Below the pieces are notes generated by a model. That model was not told where the DNA came from. It was given only the letters and a program-made list of their open reading frames with translations, and searched no databases. The translations under genes were made by a program, and so were the position numbers. This document shows positions 13,600 to 26,749 of a stretch of DNA of 64,000 nucleotides, one piece after another (the stretch's first letter is position 1; every line of letters begins with the position of its first letter). Source of the DNA: Octopus sinensis. Taxonomy: Eukaryota. Location of the stretch: assembly GCF_006345805.1 (NCBI RefSeq), contig NC_042997.1, forward strand, positions 36,146,001 through 36,210,000. Direction: 5' to 3'.

Positions 13600-14215
13600 T
13601 ACGCCTCGCTCTTAATCTCGACATGTGTTAAAACAGTGACCTTTGAGATGCATTTTCCTCTTGGAGAAGAGACGAAGTTCGCTGACGAACAGGGCGGTTA
13701 CAGAAACTATACCATGTACTTTGGGGGAGGGAAACACACGAGTGAGTAGAGCTCAGAGACAGAGTGCATCCTTGTCTGCTCTCTCCCTCACAGAGGATAG
13801 TTTCAGGCTCCATTATTGCAGGCCCTTTTCAACCTCCATTATTGTTTTAGGCGGGAACTTTCACTACTTTTGGAATGTTGGTTGAAGCGATTTGCAACCT
13901 TCGTCCGTTCTCTCATTAGGATCTTTCTCTCCCTTGAAATCTTGTTCTTTTTTGTGTTGGCCTTGTGCTCTGGGACATATTTCTGGCATATGGTTTGCAT
14001 GATAGTCAGGAACTATTCTAGTTTCATGCCAATGTCTGGGGTGGAGAGATATTTCGGCCAGTCCTATCTGAGAACATGAGGCCTTCTGGCGATTTGACCA
14101 AGAGAATGTTGAAATCACCCATTAGAAATACGCTCACGTGGTGTTCCAGTTTCATGACGAGTTCTCTAATGCTTGTGAGGCAATTTTCAAACTTGCCTAT
14201 GTAGTTTAGAGCATC
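13600..14215 (-). mobile_element. CR1-group LINE ORF2 fragment (APE endonuclease C-part and linker)
   Basis: Minus translation KFENCLTSIRELVMKLEHHVSVFLMGDFN (GDFN motif), then DWPKYLS...FLTIMQTICQKYVPEHK...RERKILMRERTK. Confidence 0.8.
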
Positions 14216-14314
14216 CGGTGGGCGATATCTATTGCATATAATTATATTATGTTGTCTTATGTATAAGATTAGAGTGTTACATACTAAATTTGAGTATGAT
14301 AGTAAGAAATGTCA

Positions 14315-14800
14315 TGTGAGGTCTTCACGGATGTATACAGCATCTCCATCATGTATGGTATATTCTGGTACGCGTACTTTTGCATCCTGTATTCAGGCGT
14401 CAGATATGTTTCCATGAGTGCTAAGCATATGGATTGATTGCATGCAGAAAGGTCTCCCAGGAAAAATATTTGCTCTTGTTGCTCTTGTGATGCAATAGGC
14501 TACACATATTTAGTGAAAATATTGGTATGACGACTGTGCAGGCCATCCCGTGTGTGTTGATTGTGGTGGTCTTGTGCAGTGCTGGGAAAAGATCCTTCTT
14601 TGCGCTTCATGTAGCCAGGCCAGCTGCTGCACAATCATTTGCACAATGCAGAAAAAAGACTCTGGTTCAGTTGCCGCCTTGCGCATAACATCTGAAGAGC
14701 GCACTGCATTTGTATATTTTTACATTAGAGACGATCGGTGCCTATCCTCGGGGAAGCATCTCTCCTAAGGGCCCGCGCAATTTTGGTGGGGACTCAGGTG
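14315..14800 (-). mobile_element. CR1-group LINE: endonuclease N-terminus and upstream (ORF1/spacer) remnant
   Basis: CLALMETYLTPE (cf. ETHL motif), homologous to 15980-16180 on the plus strand. Confidence 0.7.
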
Positions 14801-14869
14801 AAGCAATCAGAAGTTGGTAACTCTTCATCATGCAAACATTTACCTTGCAAGTAAAATTTAATGTATGCA

Positions 14870-14953
14870 TATAAAAATTTATGTATATATATATATGTAT
14901 ATATATAAGTATATATTTGCATACATATACATATATATACACATATATGCATA

Positions 14954-15006
<53 letters not shown>

Positions 15007-15128
15007 CTTACACATATGTATATATATTATATTTAGACATGTACATATATATATATATGTATATATATATTTAGACATGTACATATATATATGTATATAT
15101 ATATATTTAGACATGTACATATATATAA

Positions 15129-15188
<60 letters not shown>

Positions 15189-15280
15189 CATATATGTATA
15201 TATATATATACATGTATATATATATATACATTTATATATATATATATATATATAGGTATCTGTATGTATATACAAATACC

Positions 15281-15326
<46 letters not shown>

Positions 15327-15375
15327 GTATCTATATGTAGATACATGCATGTATGTATATATGTATGTATGCATC
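14870..15375. repeat. Long degenerate (TA)n with three TTTAGACATGTACA higher-order units
   Basis: Directly visible; units near 15031, 15070 and 15105. Confidence 0.95.
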
Positions 15376-15969
15376 TAAAACAGAGTTATTAGTGAAGGCT
15401 GACAGAATTATTTATGTTAGCAATGAACTCTGCGTATTCTTTTGGTAGATGTTATCACTATTCTGTATAATAAATTCATGGCTGTGTTCCAGTTATAGTG
15501 CACTCTGACACATTGATATATATATATATATATATATCAGACAAGCCAAAAAGTAACCGTTTTATTTAATTTTATTGTAGTAAATTTGAGTTACAGCTGT
15601 TTCTAGTAGTTAAAATACGTTGGATATTCATTGTTTTCATCAAACACCCTATCTATCGGTTGAGAAAAACTGAACAACCTACATAATTAATGCTGCATTC
15701 GACAGTCCTTTTTTATTTATAAACAAGCAAAACACTTAATGAATGATCCAGGTAGGGAGGAGGGATCGAATTTAGAAATATTGCTTCTGTTCGGTCCCGT
15801 CCCATGCTAATATAACTCTTTCAGTGTTCTATTTACTTAAAAACAGACATGACTGCGACAGAAGTGGCATTAATTCTCTTGGTCAGCCTATTTTTCTCAA
15901 TCGATCAATGGGACAATTGAATAAGAATCATTAACGAACCTAAACTTACTGCTGGAAACAGCTGTAATT

Positions 15970-16205
15970 CAAATTTACAAGAACAACAAGAGCAAATTTC
16001 TTTTCCTGAGATTCCTTTCTGCATGCAATCAATCCCTATGCTTAGCACTCGTGGAAACATATCTGACGCCTGAATAGACGATGCAGAAGTACACGTACCA
16101 AAATATACCATACTGCGAAGAGACAGAAGGGAAAGGAGCCATGTTGCGGGTGCTGTATACATCCGTGAAGATCTCACACCACAAGTCTTACTGTCAAACT
16201 CAAAC
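15970..16205 (+). mobile_element. CR1-group LINE endonuclease N-terminal fragment
   Basis: LALVETYLTPE*DDAEVHVPKYTILRRDRRERSHVAGAVYIREDLTPQVLLSNSN (ETxL...RxDR...GGVxxYIR pattern, one frameshift). Confidence 0.82.
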
Positions 16206-16666
16206 GATCATAATAAACAATTTTTTTTATTAAGATTGGTTTTTAAAAAAAACCTGAGAGTCGTGTTCATCATTATACACATTCATTATATCTCATTGGT
16301 GAGTTTGGTTTCTTTCTTTCTCTGATGAGAAGATTACATAGTTTTACATCATTTTATTCCTTTTGGAATCATGCCAATGTTGTCTTCGAAACATATGTCG
16401 GAAGTAAAAGAATTTGAATGACAGAATGACACATGCATTTAACACCATTTCTTTATTTTTATACATTAAACAAAATATTTCTCATCAACCCGGAATTTCT
16501 ACCTTTACAAACAGGGTGTTACATCCTTATTACTTGTGTGATGTATTTACTGCCTTGGTAAATGTTTGCTTATTCTTTCCGTGTTAATTGTAAACAAAGG
16601 AAAATACACGCACACACACACACATACAGACACACACACACACGCACACACACACATACACACACG

Positions 16667-16707
<41 letters not shown>

Positions 16708-16826
16708 CAGCAAAATTCAGATTCAGATGAATATGGTACTTAAGTCAAAGGCACCAGAATTGTGTATGGTATTATCCATATAAATGAAATGGGGTGATTA
16801 TAATCAAAATAAGCAACACACACACA

Positions 16827-16888
<62 letters not shown>

Positions 16889-18235
16889 AGGAATTGAGAT
16901 AACCAAGAAATAATCAACTATCTTATGGTCTTCATTATCTTGCAGCCGTTTTTGCTATACGATGAAGTGGAATCATACATACAATGCACTTTATTTTGGA
17001 AACAGATTACATTTACGTATATAGACAGAACACTATCAATATAGGTGTGTGTGTGATTATGTTTCCGTGTGAGTATATATATGTGTATGTGTGTGTGTGT
17101 GTGACTCTGTGTGTGAGAGTGTTTACGTGTGTGTATGTATACATATAAATTTACTGATACATTTTATTGTTGTTTACCTACATATTAGTACACCTCTTCG
17201 TATACTGATTTTATCATTAATCTTATCTTAATTATGAGGAGAACTCCAGAATGTATATACCCGTCGTACGTGTAAGTTTGCTCATTCTCAATGATTTCCT
17301 GTGTATACCCGTAAATGTAATTGTTAACCTAAAGAAATTGCACATATTTGTGGCTCTAGTGAATCGGTAAGATGATATTCAGGCGCTCAACTATGAGCTC
17401 CCTGCATCTTATAGCAGAAACAGTTGTAACTAATGAAGTTCTTAAGATGGTTGCATATTCTTTTGTCATTTCAATTTCTTATTATTCCTGTGTGCTTGAC
17501 TAACGCTTCGTTCTAAAGAGCATATGTATCGCGTTCTGCGCCAGGTTATTAGAATGGCATTGCCTAAGTTAAATATATATCTGTGTATGTGTGTGCATGT
17601 GTATGTTTTGTACGTGTGACGTGCGTGCGTGCGAGTGTGTGTGTATCTACAAGTTAACATACAAATAAATTTTGTTCACTTAGCTTCATAAAAAAATGTA
17701 GTTACTCTCATTTATCTTAGTATGCATGAGGGTGTCTGTATGTGAACATATATAAATTAGTGTTTCTGTTTTTTTTGTATCTCTAATGGGAATCTGATAT
17801 GTTGTATTAATCGTATGTGATATATTCTATTCACAGTTAATATCTACAAATATTGGGTGAAATTAAATTTCAATTTTCCATAATGCATTGTAAGAAACAA
17901 TCTTGTAAACTTGGGTAAACAAATGATTATAAGTAATACTGATGTTTGAAACTAGTGTTTAGACAAGATATTAAGCATTATACATTTATGAGAAGTCTAT
18001 TAGATAAATATTTTTTAAACATTTATATCTAATTCATATACAACTATAAAAATATAACTTTAAAACAAGTCATTAGTTGCTGTACGTTGATTTTCTATCT
18101 TCACTCGGTCTTTGCTACAAAAATAAAGCAGCTTCGTTGTTTGAAAGTGACCTATCGATATATAGGATTAATGAGAATATGTTTTCATGAATGTGTCTGG
18201 AAATGAAAAGAAATGGCATCATATATGTTCCTTAC

Positions 18236-18362
18236 CACGAAATCCCTGATCAATCAATAAATCCTGTAATTCGTAAGTTTTCTTGGTCAGTTTCTATGTA
18301 GCACCGAATCCATGAACATTTGGTAGAAAAAAATTCCACTTACCTGAAAGTAGAAAAGAAAA
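18236..18362 (-). promoter_or_regulatory. Candidate recursive splice site with 108-nt cryptic RS-exon
   Basis: Minus strand ttttcttttctactttcag|GTAAGT (junction 18344/18343). Second donor TTTCGTG|gtaagg at 18236/18235. All three frames contain stops. Confidence 0.45.
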
Positions 18363-18507
18363 TTATAAAAAAAAATATTCATGCTTAGATTTTTCTGAAT
18401 CATATATGTGCGTGCGTGTGTGTCTTACATGTCAATATATGTGTGAATGGATACATGTATATATATATGTATATATATATATATATGTGTGTGTGTGCGT
18501 GCGTGTG

Positions 18508-18573
<66 letters not shown>

Positions 18574-19344
18574 CGTATGATTTTGTGATTGTGTGATTGT
18601 ACGATATACGTGTAAACCGAAATGTGCCCTACCCTCGCACATACAAGAATGTCCTTCAGTTATCCCACCCTTTGGTTCGTGGTCCCACTCAGTATTGGCT
18701 ATAGAACATTTACAAGCACAAGTATATACATACGCACATAAACACAAAATTTCATACATACATTCTTCATTATAGGGCTATTCTCCTTTAATTCAATATG
18801 GATTGACGTAGTCACTGGTAGTTTTACATCTGTTTGTACTTTTCAAAATTCGGATCAGTTGAACAGAAAGCTTCTAGATTTCATTCGCACTACTTGCATT
18901 GATTTTCTTTCATACAGAATAATTTACGGAAGACCAATGGATCTCAATTGAGGTTCATATCGACCTCGGGGATCCATATAAGAGTTTGTTAAAATTTATC
19001 TGGAAAAGTTTTTCATACTTCTGCAATACCCAAAATATTTCAATTATACAGTTTATCTACGAAGGTCATGTTGAGTAAATTTGCAATCAAAGGGCTTCAT
19101 TAACAAAAGAAAGAAAAAATGATTTTGAGAAGCACGGCTGTAAACAAAATTTGCAAGATAAAACTGGTAGTTTAGAGATGGAAATGAAAACGCATATCCA
19201 TAGCTTCCATAGTCATGGTAATTTATATGTAGCACACACATATATATGTATATATATATATATATACATAAATACATTCATACACACATACATACATACA
19301 TACATACATACATACATACATACATACATACATACATACATACA

Positions 19345-19553
19345 TGTTGATTCGCTAGCCTCTGTACGCATGTTTTTTCTCTGTGTATCTTTCTGTTGAA
19401 GAGCGTAGGCTCGAAACGTTAAAGACTTGTTTTATTTATATTTCCTGAGCGCCATACTAATACAATTGTTTGTTTGTATTCCACCTGCCTTCGTCTTTTG
19501 TTTATTTCCGTAAACTTGCCTTCGTCTTTTGTCTATTTTCATAAAGCTTCCCG

Positions 19554-19554
<1 letters not shown>
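19345..19554 (+). mobile_element. Short Penelope-like element with hammerhead fold, between (TACA)n and (TA)n
   Basis: TCTTT CTGTTGA A GAGC GTAG GCTC GAAA C GTT AAAGA at 19388-19425; homologous to 35368-35560 (minus) and 37962-38137 (plus). Confidence 0.7.
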
Positions 19555-19617
<63 letters not shown>

Positions 19618-19699
19618 TATATGATGGATTCTCACGTCGGCTTTTGAGGATCCGAGAACCTACTCTTTATTTGTCAGTCATAATACTTACGTCCAATGT

Positions 19700-20640
19700 G
19701 ACATTTACATCCCGCCTATATCTTGCAAGAGAGCCCACAGATCCTGCAAACTTGAGGAATACATGTCAGTGTAGGTGTTATATTAGCTGCCACTTTCCTC
19801 CTTTACCTTTCACCCGAAGCCGAGTTATGCTGGTGGCAACAAAATATCTAATACCATATTGACACCATTTTCTTCGCTCCAAGGCTTTTTGCTCAGGGGT
19901 ATTGCGAGCTATCTTGATCTCTATCTTCAGCTTGTCCTTATATCTGAGGCATGGTCAACCGACATTCCTGTGCCCACTATCAAGCTGTCTGTTTATGATG
20001 ACTTTGTATATTCTTTCGATACTCATTCTGACAACATGGCCAACCCTGCACAATTGTGATTGCATAAGGAAGCTCTCGATTCCACCAATCTTACACTTCC
20101 TAAACAAGTTGGCATTAGAAACTCTGTTTTAAGTGAGTAACCCCAAAGTTTCCTCAGACAGCCTTTACGGAAGACTTCTAATTGGTTAATGTGTCGTCTA
20201 TAGGGCATCCACGATTCTGAGCCATACAAGAGAGTAGTAAGTATGGCAGCTTTATAGACCTGTACATTGGTGTCAGGTTTGATTCCATAGGTGATGATGA
20301 AGTTTGCCAAATGCGTTGGTTGCGTTTGCAAGATTGTTGATGATTTCATCAACAAGGGAAGCGGTCGAATTTACTTTACTACCAAGATATGAACATGATT
20401 TTGCATAATTTAGGTTTTTCCAATCAACCTGTGTAGGAATGTCAGCAAAATTGTGATCCATGGCCTCTGCTTGACACCGCAGATTTGTTTAGGAGTCGGG
20501 AAAGCCTGGTGAATTACTTCCGTCTTCTATATGCTGATGGTCAAACAAAAAGGTTTACATGCAGCAGAAAACCAGTCTAGAAGTTCCTGAGCTTCTTCTA
20601 AAGAGGTCGTTATTACTGCAGCAACATCGGCAAAAAGGCT
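19700..20640 (-). mobile_element. RTE (BovB-like) LINE ORF2 3' portion
   Basis: YLGSKVNSTASLVDEI...FGKLHHHLWN, VQVYKAAILTTLLYGSESWMPYRRHINQLEVFRKGCLRKL, and a terminal CRICG motif. Confidence 0.88.
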
Positions 20641-20876
20641 ATTACGAATGATGCTGGATGTCAGTCAGAAAAACATTTTCATCAATGAACGCGATTAGTT
20701 TCTTGCGGACTATTCGCTCCATGAGTAGATAGACACTCGGCAACTGATGAAGGGTCATTTTTTTTATGTTACTTGTCCTGTTTTCCATTTGTTTCTCTGG
20801 TTGTTTGCGTATTGAATTCATTTGTTTTCGTATTCTATGTTGTTTACTGGTGGTGACGTTCTCTACCCATATATGC

Positions 20877-20884
<8 letters not shown>

Positions 20885-20953
<69 letters not shown>

Positions 20954-21725
20954 GCATTTATATGTGTGTATATATGTACGTGTATGTGTGCGTATGTGTA
21001 TAATTATTAATTAGTGTAGATTGGGATCAATATTTTACTTGGAATATGTAAAAATTTTACAGTGAAAAAATAATTCAGAATATATGTACATACATACACT
21101 TCATTATATATGTATATCCGTATATGCGTTCGTCTTTTGCCCCCGCGCTTGTGTGTCTGTATCTGTGTCTGCACAAGCGGATATACAAACGCTAAAGTAT
21201 TATACAAGATCTATACTTGAAAGTATCTTGTACAATACAGAGAGAAGCCTGCCAAAATAGTAACATAAACTCTGACCTAATTAGATAGAACCAAGAGTTC
21301 GGCCAGCAACTGGTGTGAAATAGAGGTCAACCACAGTAGTTTACAAGCAGATCAGATTTCGTATTAAAAACAACCTCCCACGATATGCCCCTAAATCATA
21401 GCCAATAAACAGCTAACTGAATTCAGTTCGCATCGAGCCAACATTATTTAAAGACCCTGAACAAAGATGCACAGAAAATTATGTCCGGTTGCAGACGCAA
21501 CTGCATATACTCTGCGCAGTAGATGCACGTGTAGAATGTCGTAACCATAAGATTATGGTGAATGGCATGGGAAAAAAAATGAAATAAATGTTGAGGATAT
21601 AGCATTCTCCATATTTTCTTTCGTTGAAACCATTGGTTAATATACAATCCAGTTACTTCTACCATGCAGCGAAGCGAATGCGGAGTTACCCAACCGAGGA
21701 AATTACGGCATGAGCACTCATATAT

Positions 21726-21809
<84 letters not shown>

Positions 21810-22575
21810 TTTATATGTGTGTATATATGTACGTGTATGTGTGCGTATGTGTATAATTATTAATTAGTGTAGATTGGGATCAATATTTTACTTGGAATAT
21901 GTAAAAATTTTACAGTGAAAAAATAATTCAGAATATATGTACATACATACACTTCATTATATATGTATATCCGTATATGCGTTCGTCTTTTGCCCCCGCG
22001 CTTGTGTGTCTGTATCTGTGTCTGCACAAGCGGATATACAAACGCTAAAGTATTATACAAGATCTATACTTGAAAGTATCTTGTACAATACAGAGAGAAG
22101 CCTGCCAAAATAGTAACATAAACTCTGACCTAATTAGATAGAACCAAGAGTTCGGCCAGCAACTGGTGTGAAATAGAGGTCAACCACAGTAGTTTACAAG
22201 CAGATCAGATTTCGTATTAAAAACAACCTCCCACGATATGCCCCTAAATCATAGCCAATAAACAGCTAACTGAATTCAGTTCGCATCGAGCCAACATTAT
22301 TTAAAGACCCTGAACAAAGATGCACAGAAAATTATGTCCGGTTGCAGACGCAACTGCATATACTCTGCGCAGTAGATGCACGTGTAGAATGTCGTAACCA
22401 TAAGATTATGGTGAATGGCATGGGAAAAAAATTAAATAAATGTTGAGGATATAGCATTCTCCATATTTTCTTTCGTTGAAACCATTGGTTAATATACAAT
22501 CCAGTTACTTCTACCATGCAGCGAAGCGAATGCGGAGTTACCCAACCGAGGAAATTACGGCATGAGCACTCATAT

Positions 22576-22667
<92 letters not shown>
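20885..22667. repeat. Tandem duplication, period about 853 bp, units separated and flanked by (TA)n
   Basis: 20954-21720 matches 21807-22572. The only difference I noticed was at an A-run (aaaaaaaatg vs aaaaaaatt). Confidence 0.95.
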
Positions 22668-22668
<1 letters not shown>

Positions 22669-24069
22669 TTGTATGCAGAAAAATAACACAGATGTAGTTG
22701 CTTTCGCTGCCAGTATATAAAAAAATTAAAATTTATCAAAACTTTTAAAATTTGGGACAATGATATGCTTTTCCAAGCTGAATTGATGGAGTTATATCAC
22801 TATTTCCAGGAAAATGTTCTTAAAAAGATATTGCGGATTAATGTTTTATCATTTTCACCCATTTAGGAAACAGAAATTGGAAGTTGTCATTTTGTGCTTG
22901 ACTGCACATTTTGTCATCGACATCCTTAAAATAGCACGTCTTGTCAATATTTGTAAACGATACGCGTTTTGTTGCTTTGAGGATTCTATATGCACTTAAT
23001 TGAAATGTGGTTACCTGCACGTTACCCGCGATAAACACATAGTTTTCCCCACAAATTGTTTCAATGCAGTTTTAACAGAAACATTTGGAAGATTAGATGA
23101 AATTTCTCCAGTAATTTTCTTTCATGTAAATAAATGTTTATGTTAATTAAAAGATTTGCCAGTAAAATCTTATAAAGTGACAATGCCCTAACAGATATAC
23201 ATGTTTATATGTATATGTGAAAATAAAGAAGTGAAAAATATATGCTTAAAAAGCAAATGTTTAAGCATGCATTAACCAACCCATTACAAAATAATTTTAA
23301 AGCTAAAAACGAAATTTATAAATACATTAAAACAATTTCTCAAGAAAATCACAATTTTCATATCTCCTCCGCCACATACATCCACAGATATGAAACCATC
23401 ATGAAATGATGAGTGCAACTGCGTCGCTTACTACCTCGTTTCACAGAGGCCCACGTATTCTCTACTTGAAGAGTAAACAACACGCCTTTTGTAGTTCTAA
23501 GCATTCAATATGCATTTAATGCGATTGAACGCACTTAATATATTTATCTAAAAACAAAAAATTGTACCTTAAAAATTCAATATTTTTACAAACAAACATT
23601 TTGTTGACCAGTTCATTGAAAACGAAAGTTAAAAATACATTCAATCAATTTATCGAACAAATCACAATTTTCCTATCCCCTAAGCTACATAAATCCACAT
23701 GCTCACTTGTCAACAGATAGGTGAAACAATTGGTTTCAATATATTTGTGAACACGTGCTTTCTCACAGACAAACGTATTTTCATGATCTGCTTGTTACTA
23801 TGGAAACAGGCCTGACTGTTTTTGTGGCTTATGTTTGGCTAAAATTAACAAAATTTTCAAACTTTAATTGCTAATAACTTTTTTATTTATTGATTTATAA
23901 CGAAAATGGTTTCCACGTCATTCATTAGCCAACAAAAGTGTATCATTACACTGAAGATGAAATCACTTCGAACAGAATTAATGCAGGCAGCCAAACCGAC
24001 TATATCTAAGAACACAAATGTATTAAATGTTCACTACGACTATTTCAGACGTATTTTTTTATTGATTGT

Positions 24070-24326
24070 CTACTCTCTTTTACTCTTTTACTTGTTTCAG
24101 TCACATCAACTGTGGCCATGCTGGAGCACCGCCTTTAGTCGAGCAAATCGACCCCAGGACTTATTCTTTGTATGCCTAGTACTTATTCTATCGGTCACTT
24201 TTGCCGAACCGCTAAGTAACGGGGACGTAACCACACCAGCATCGGTTGTCAAGCGATGTTGGGGGAACAAACACAGACAGACACACACACACTCACACAC
24301 AGATATATATATATATATATATATAG

Positions 24327-24359
<33 letters not shown>

Positions 24360-24480
24360 TACGACGGTCTTCTTTCAGTTTCCGTCTACCAAATCCACTC
24401 ACAAGGTTTTGGTCGGCCCGAGGCTATAGTAGAAGACGTCGATTGGCCAACGTGCCATACGCAGTGGTACTGAACCCGTA
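24070..24480 (-). mobile_element. SINE family A, near-full-length
   Basis: Same tail/body/microsatellite/head order as 11762-12175; head 5' truncated. Confidence 0.88.
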
Positions 24481-24921
24481 AGCATGTCTTATGTTGTAAA
24501 CAATCATTTCCATGGATTATCTTCTAGTAGTGGTTGTAGAGTTGTCACCATAACTTATCCCTTGTAAATACTGTGCTGTTTACCCATATTTAATCCTCTC
24601 GTTCTACTACTCCCTATTTTGTGATACTGCCTGCTATTCGTTTTATGACATTGACCACAGACATCGAACCGGGTAGATCTAGCTGACTCACATTGTATTT
24701 GTATTTTCTTCAAGTACTACTAACTGAGAGGGTCAATCCAACTCTTGTTATATTTTTCTCGGAAACCAATTGTTAATCCCCTGAAGAAAACGTTTTTGCT
24801 TTGTCATGATGTTAACCGATTCATAAAGAAAAAAATGTGTCTCAAACAGCAGTAGTGACCGTCTTAAATATTCAGGTTCTTATTTTATGCAAACGCCATA
24901 ACTAGAAACTTGACTATGTAT

Positions 24922-25070
24922 TCACTGTTTCTGGATAGGTAGTGAAGTTATCTTATAATTCGTTTGGGTCTCCACCCGTGTAAAGACACACTTGTTGGCA
25001 CGTATATTATATTTCTTGTTGTCCCTCTTGCATTTTATTCACCAGGTCATAGCTGAATGGATAGATCGAT
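24922..25070. repeat. About 150-bp dispersed direct repeat, copy 1
   Basis: actgtttctggatagg...gggtctccacccgtgtaaagacacacttgttggcacgtatattatatttcttgttgtccc...ggtcatagctgaatgga; copy 2 at 30182-30330. Confidence 0.9.
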
Positions 25071-25483
25071 GAACTTGACTATGTATTCACTTGTATTGGG
25101 TTGTGGACCTACATGAATATTTGCTTGAGTATATATTTGCATGTATGTGTATAGTTATATGTATGTGCGTATATATGTAAGTATATGGATACGTTCGTAA
25201 AATCACATGCATGTACGGATATATGTGTATGTGTTATATACTCATCTGTGCTTAATTCAATCCTTTCCTGGTGCCCTGAATGCTAAAATACCTCGATTCC
25301 GATGAATGCTAACATCGATATGTATGTGTGCATGTATGAATTTATGTATATATGAAATTATGCATGTGTGCATATGTATCTATATATGTATGTACATACG
25401 AATGTATATATGAGTGTACTCTATATCCATGTATGTGTGTGTATGTATCCCTGTATCTATTTATGTATGCCTTCATGTATATA

Positions 25484-25538
<55 letters not shown>

Positions 25539-25769
25539 ATGTGTTTGTGTATGTATACGGAGATACTGAAGGAAGAGATGAAATGTTTAGGTCTAGCGAT
25601 AAGCGTGACTTTATCCTAAATTCAATATTTCAGTTCACATAAATGACGTAGTTTCAGCGTAAATCATTCCATTTTGTTCAAGATTTAAAAACGTATTTCG
25701 ATAAATATAGAGTGGTTTATGGTAATACCACAAGCCTCATTAACCTATGATTCTTGGAAGTCGAGAAAT

Positions 25770-25890
25770 CATGGAGTACGGGTGTGGCTGCGTGACAAAA
25801 CTTTGCTTCCCGACCCAAATATTCCGGGTTCAGTTCCATCCACTATGTTGCACCTTCAGGATGGATTTGGTAGACAGAACTTGAAAGCAA
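25770..25890 (+). mobile_element. SINE family A head fragment
   Basis: gtgtggctgcgtg...attccgggttcagttcc...ggatttggtagacag. Confidence 0.65.
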
Positions 25891-25916
25891 CCTATTTACA
25901 TACTTACATATATATA

Positions 25917-25970
<54 letters not shown>

Positions 25971-25978
25971 TATATATG

Positions 25979-26330
25979 CTAGCAGTATCGCCCGGCGTTG
26001 CTCGGGTTTGTTTCGACCCGCTGGAATTGTAATTTTGAAAAGTAAAAATTTTGTGAACATTTTTCTGGTCGAAATACACCGAAAAGTGGCGACACAGCAG
26101 TGAAACAATCGTAAAAAATAGGGATTTTCATAGAAAAAAGCATCTTTTTGATGTAAATAATTTTTGGTGTTAACATGGTCCGATTTGAATTTTATGTTCT
26201 ACGGAAGGAAGAGCAACCCTTCTTCTACCATACTCTCAATTTTGGTCAACTTGCGCCGCAGGGTCTCGGAGGAGATAGTGTTAGTTGAAGGTTACCATTC
26301 TAGGTGCCTGAGTAACAACCTCGCGGATTT
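25979..26330 (-). mobile_element. Non-autonomous Helitron, different internal sequence but same 3' terminus
   Basis: CTAGCAGTATCGCCCGGCGTTGCTCGGGTTTGT is identical to the terminus at 12812; the sequence then diverges. Confidence 0.75.
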
Positions 26331-26749
26331 ACAGATAAATGAATTAATTACTATTTTACAGAATAAAATTAAATAATTCTTGAAAATTAATTAATATTAA
26401 TATTTTTTGAACAAAGTAAATAATTTTTAAAACTTAAATAAGTTTTTTTACACAAACGCGAACGGGGAAAAGGGTGTGGCGAATTCGATTTACATACCTA
26501 AATGTTTTCTTTTTCATGACATTGTAGCAAAATAGTAGTGAATTATATAAATACCAACAGTACATTTTTTTTTCTGGGGTAATTTTTTTTCAACCTCGTC
26601 ACATATTTGCCCCTTTCAATTTAAACAAAGTCTTAATTAAGCAATTACGGCAGCTTAGCAATGGTTTCAATACAGGCGTGACATCTGTATCTCAATTGTT
26701 CAAAACCCTTCGAATTTTTTCGCACGTGATGATATCATAGTGAAAACTT

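Noticed and set aside
19683-19745. Minus-strand 53-nt exon with good splice sites (GSVGSLARYRRDVNVTLD)
   Set aside because: It lies in the RTE LINE 3' end; another frame gives the RTE terminal CRICG motif.
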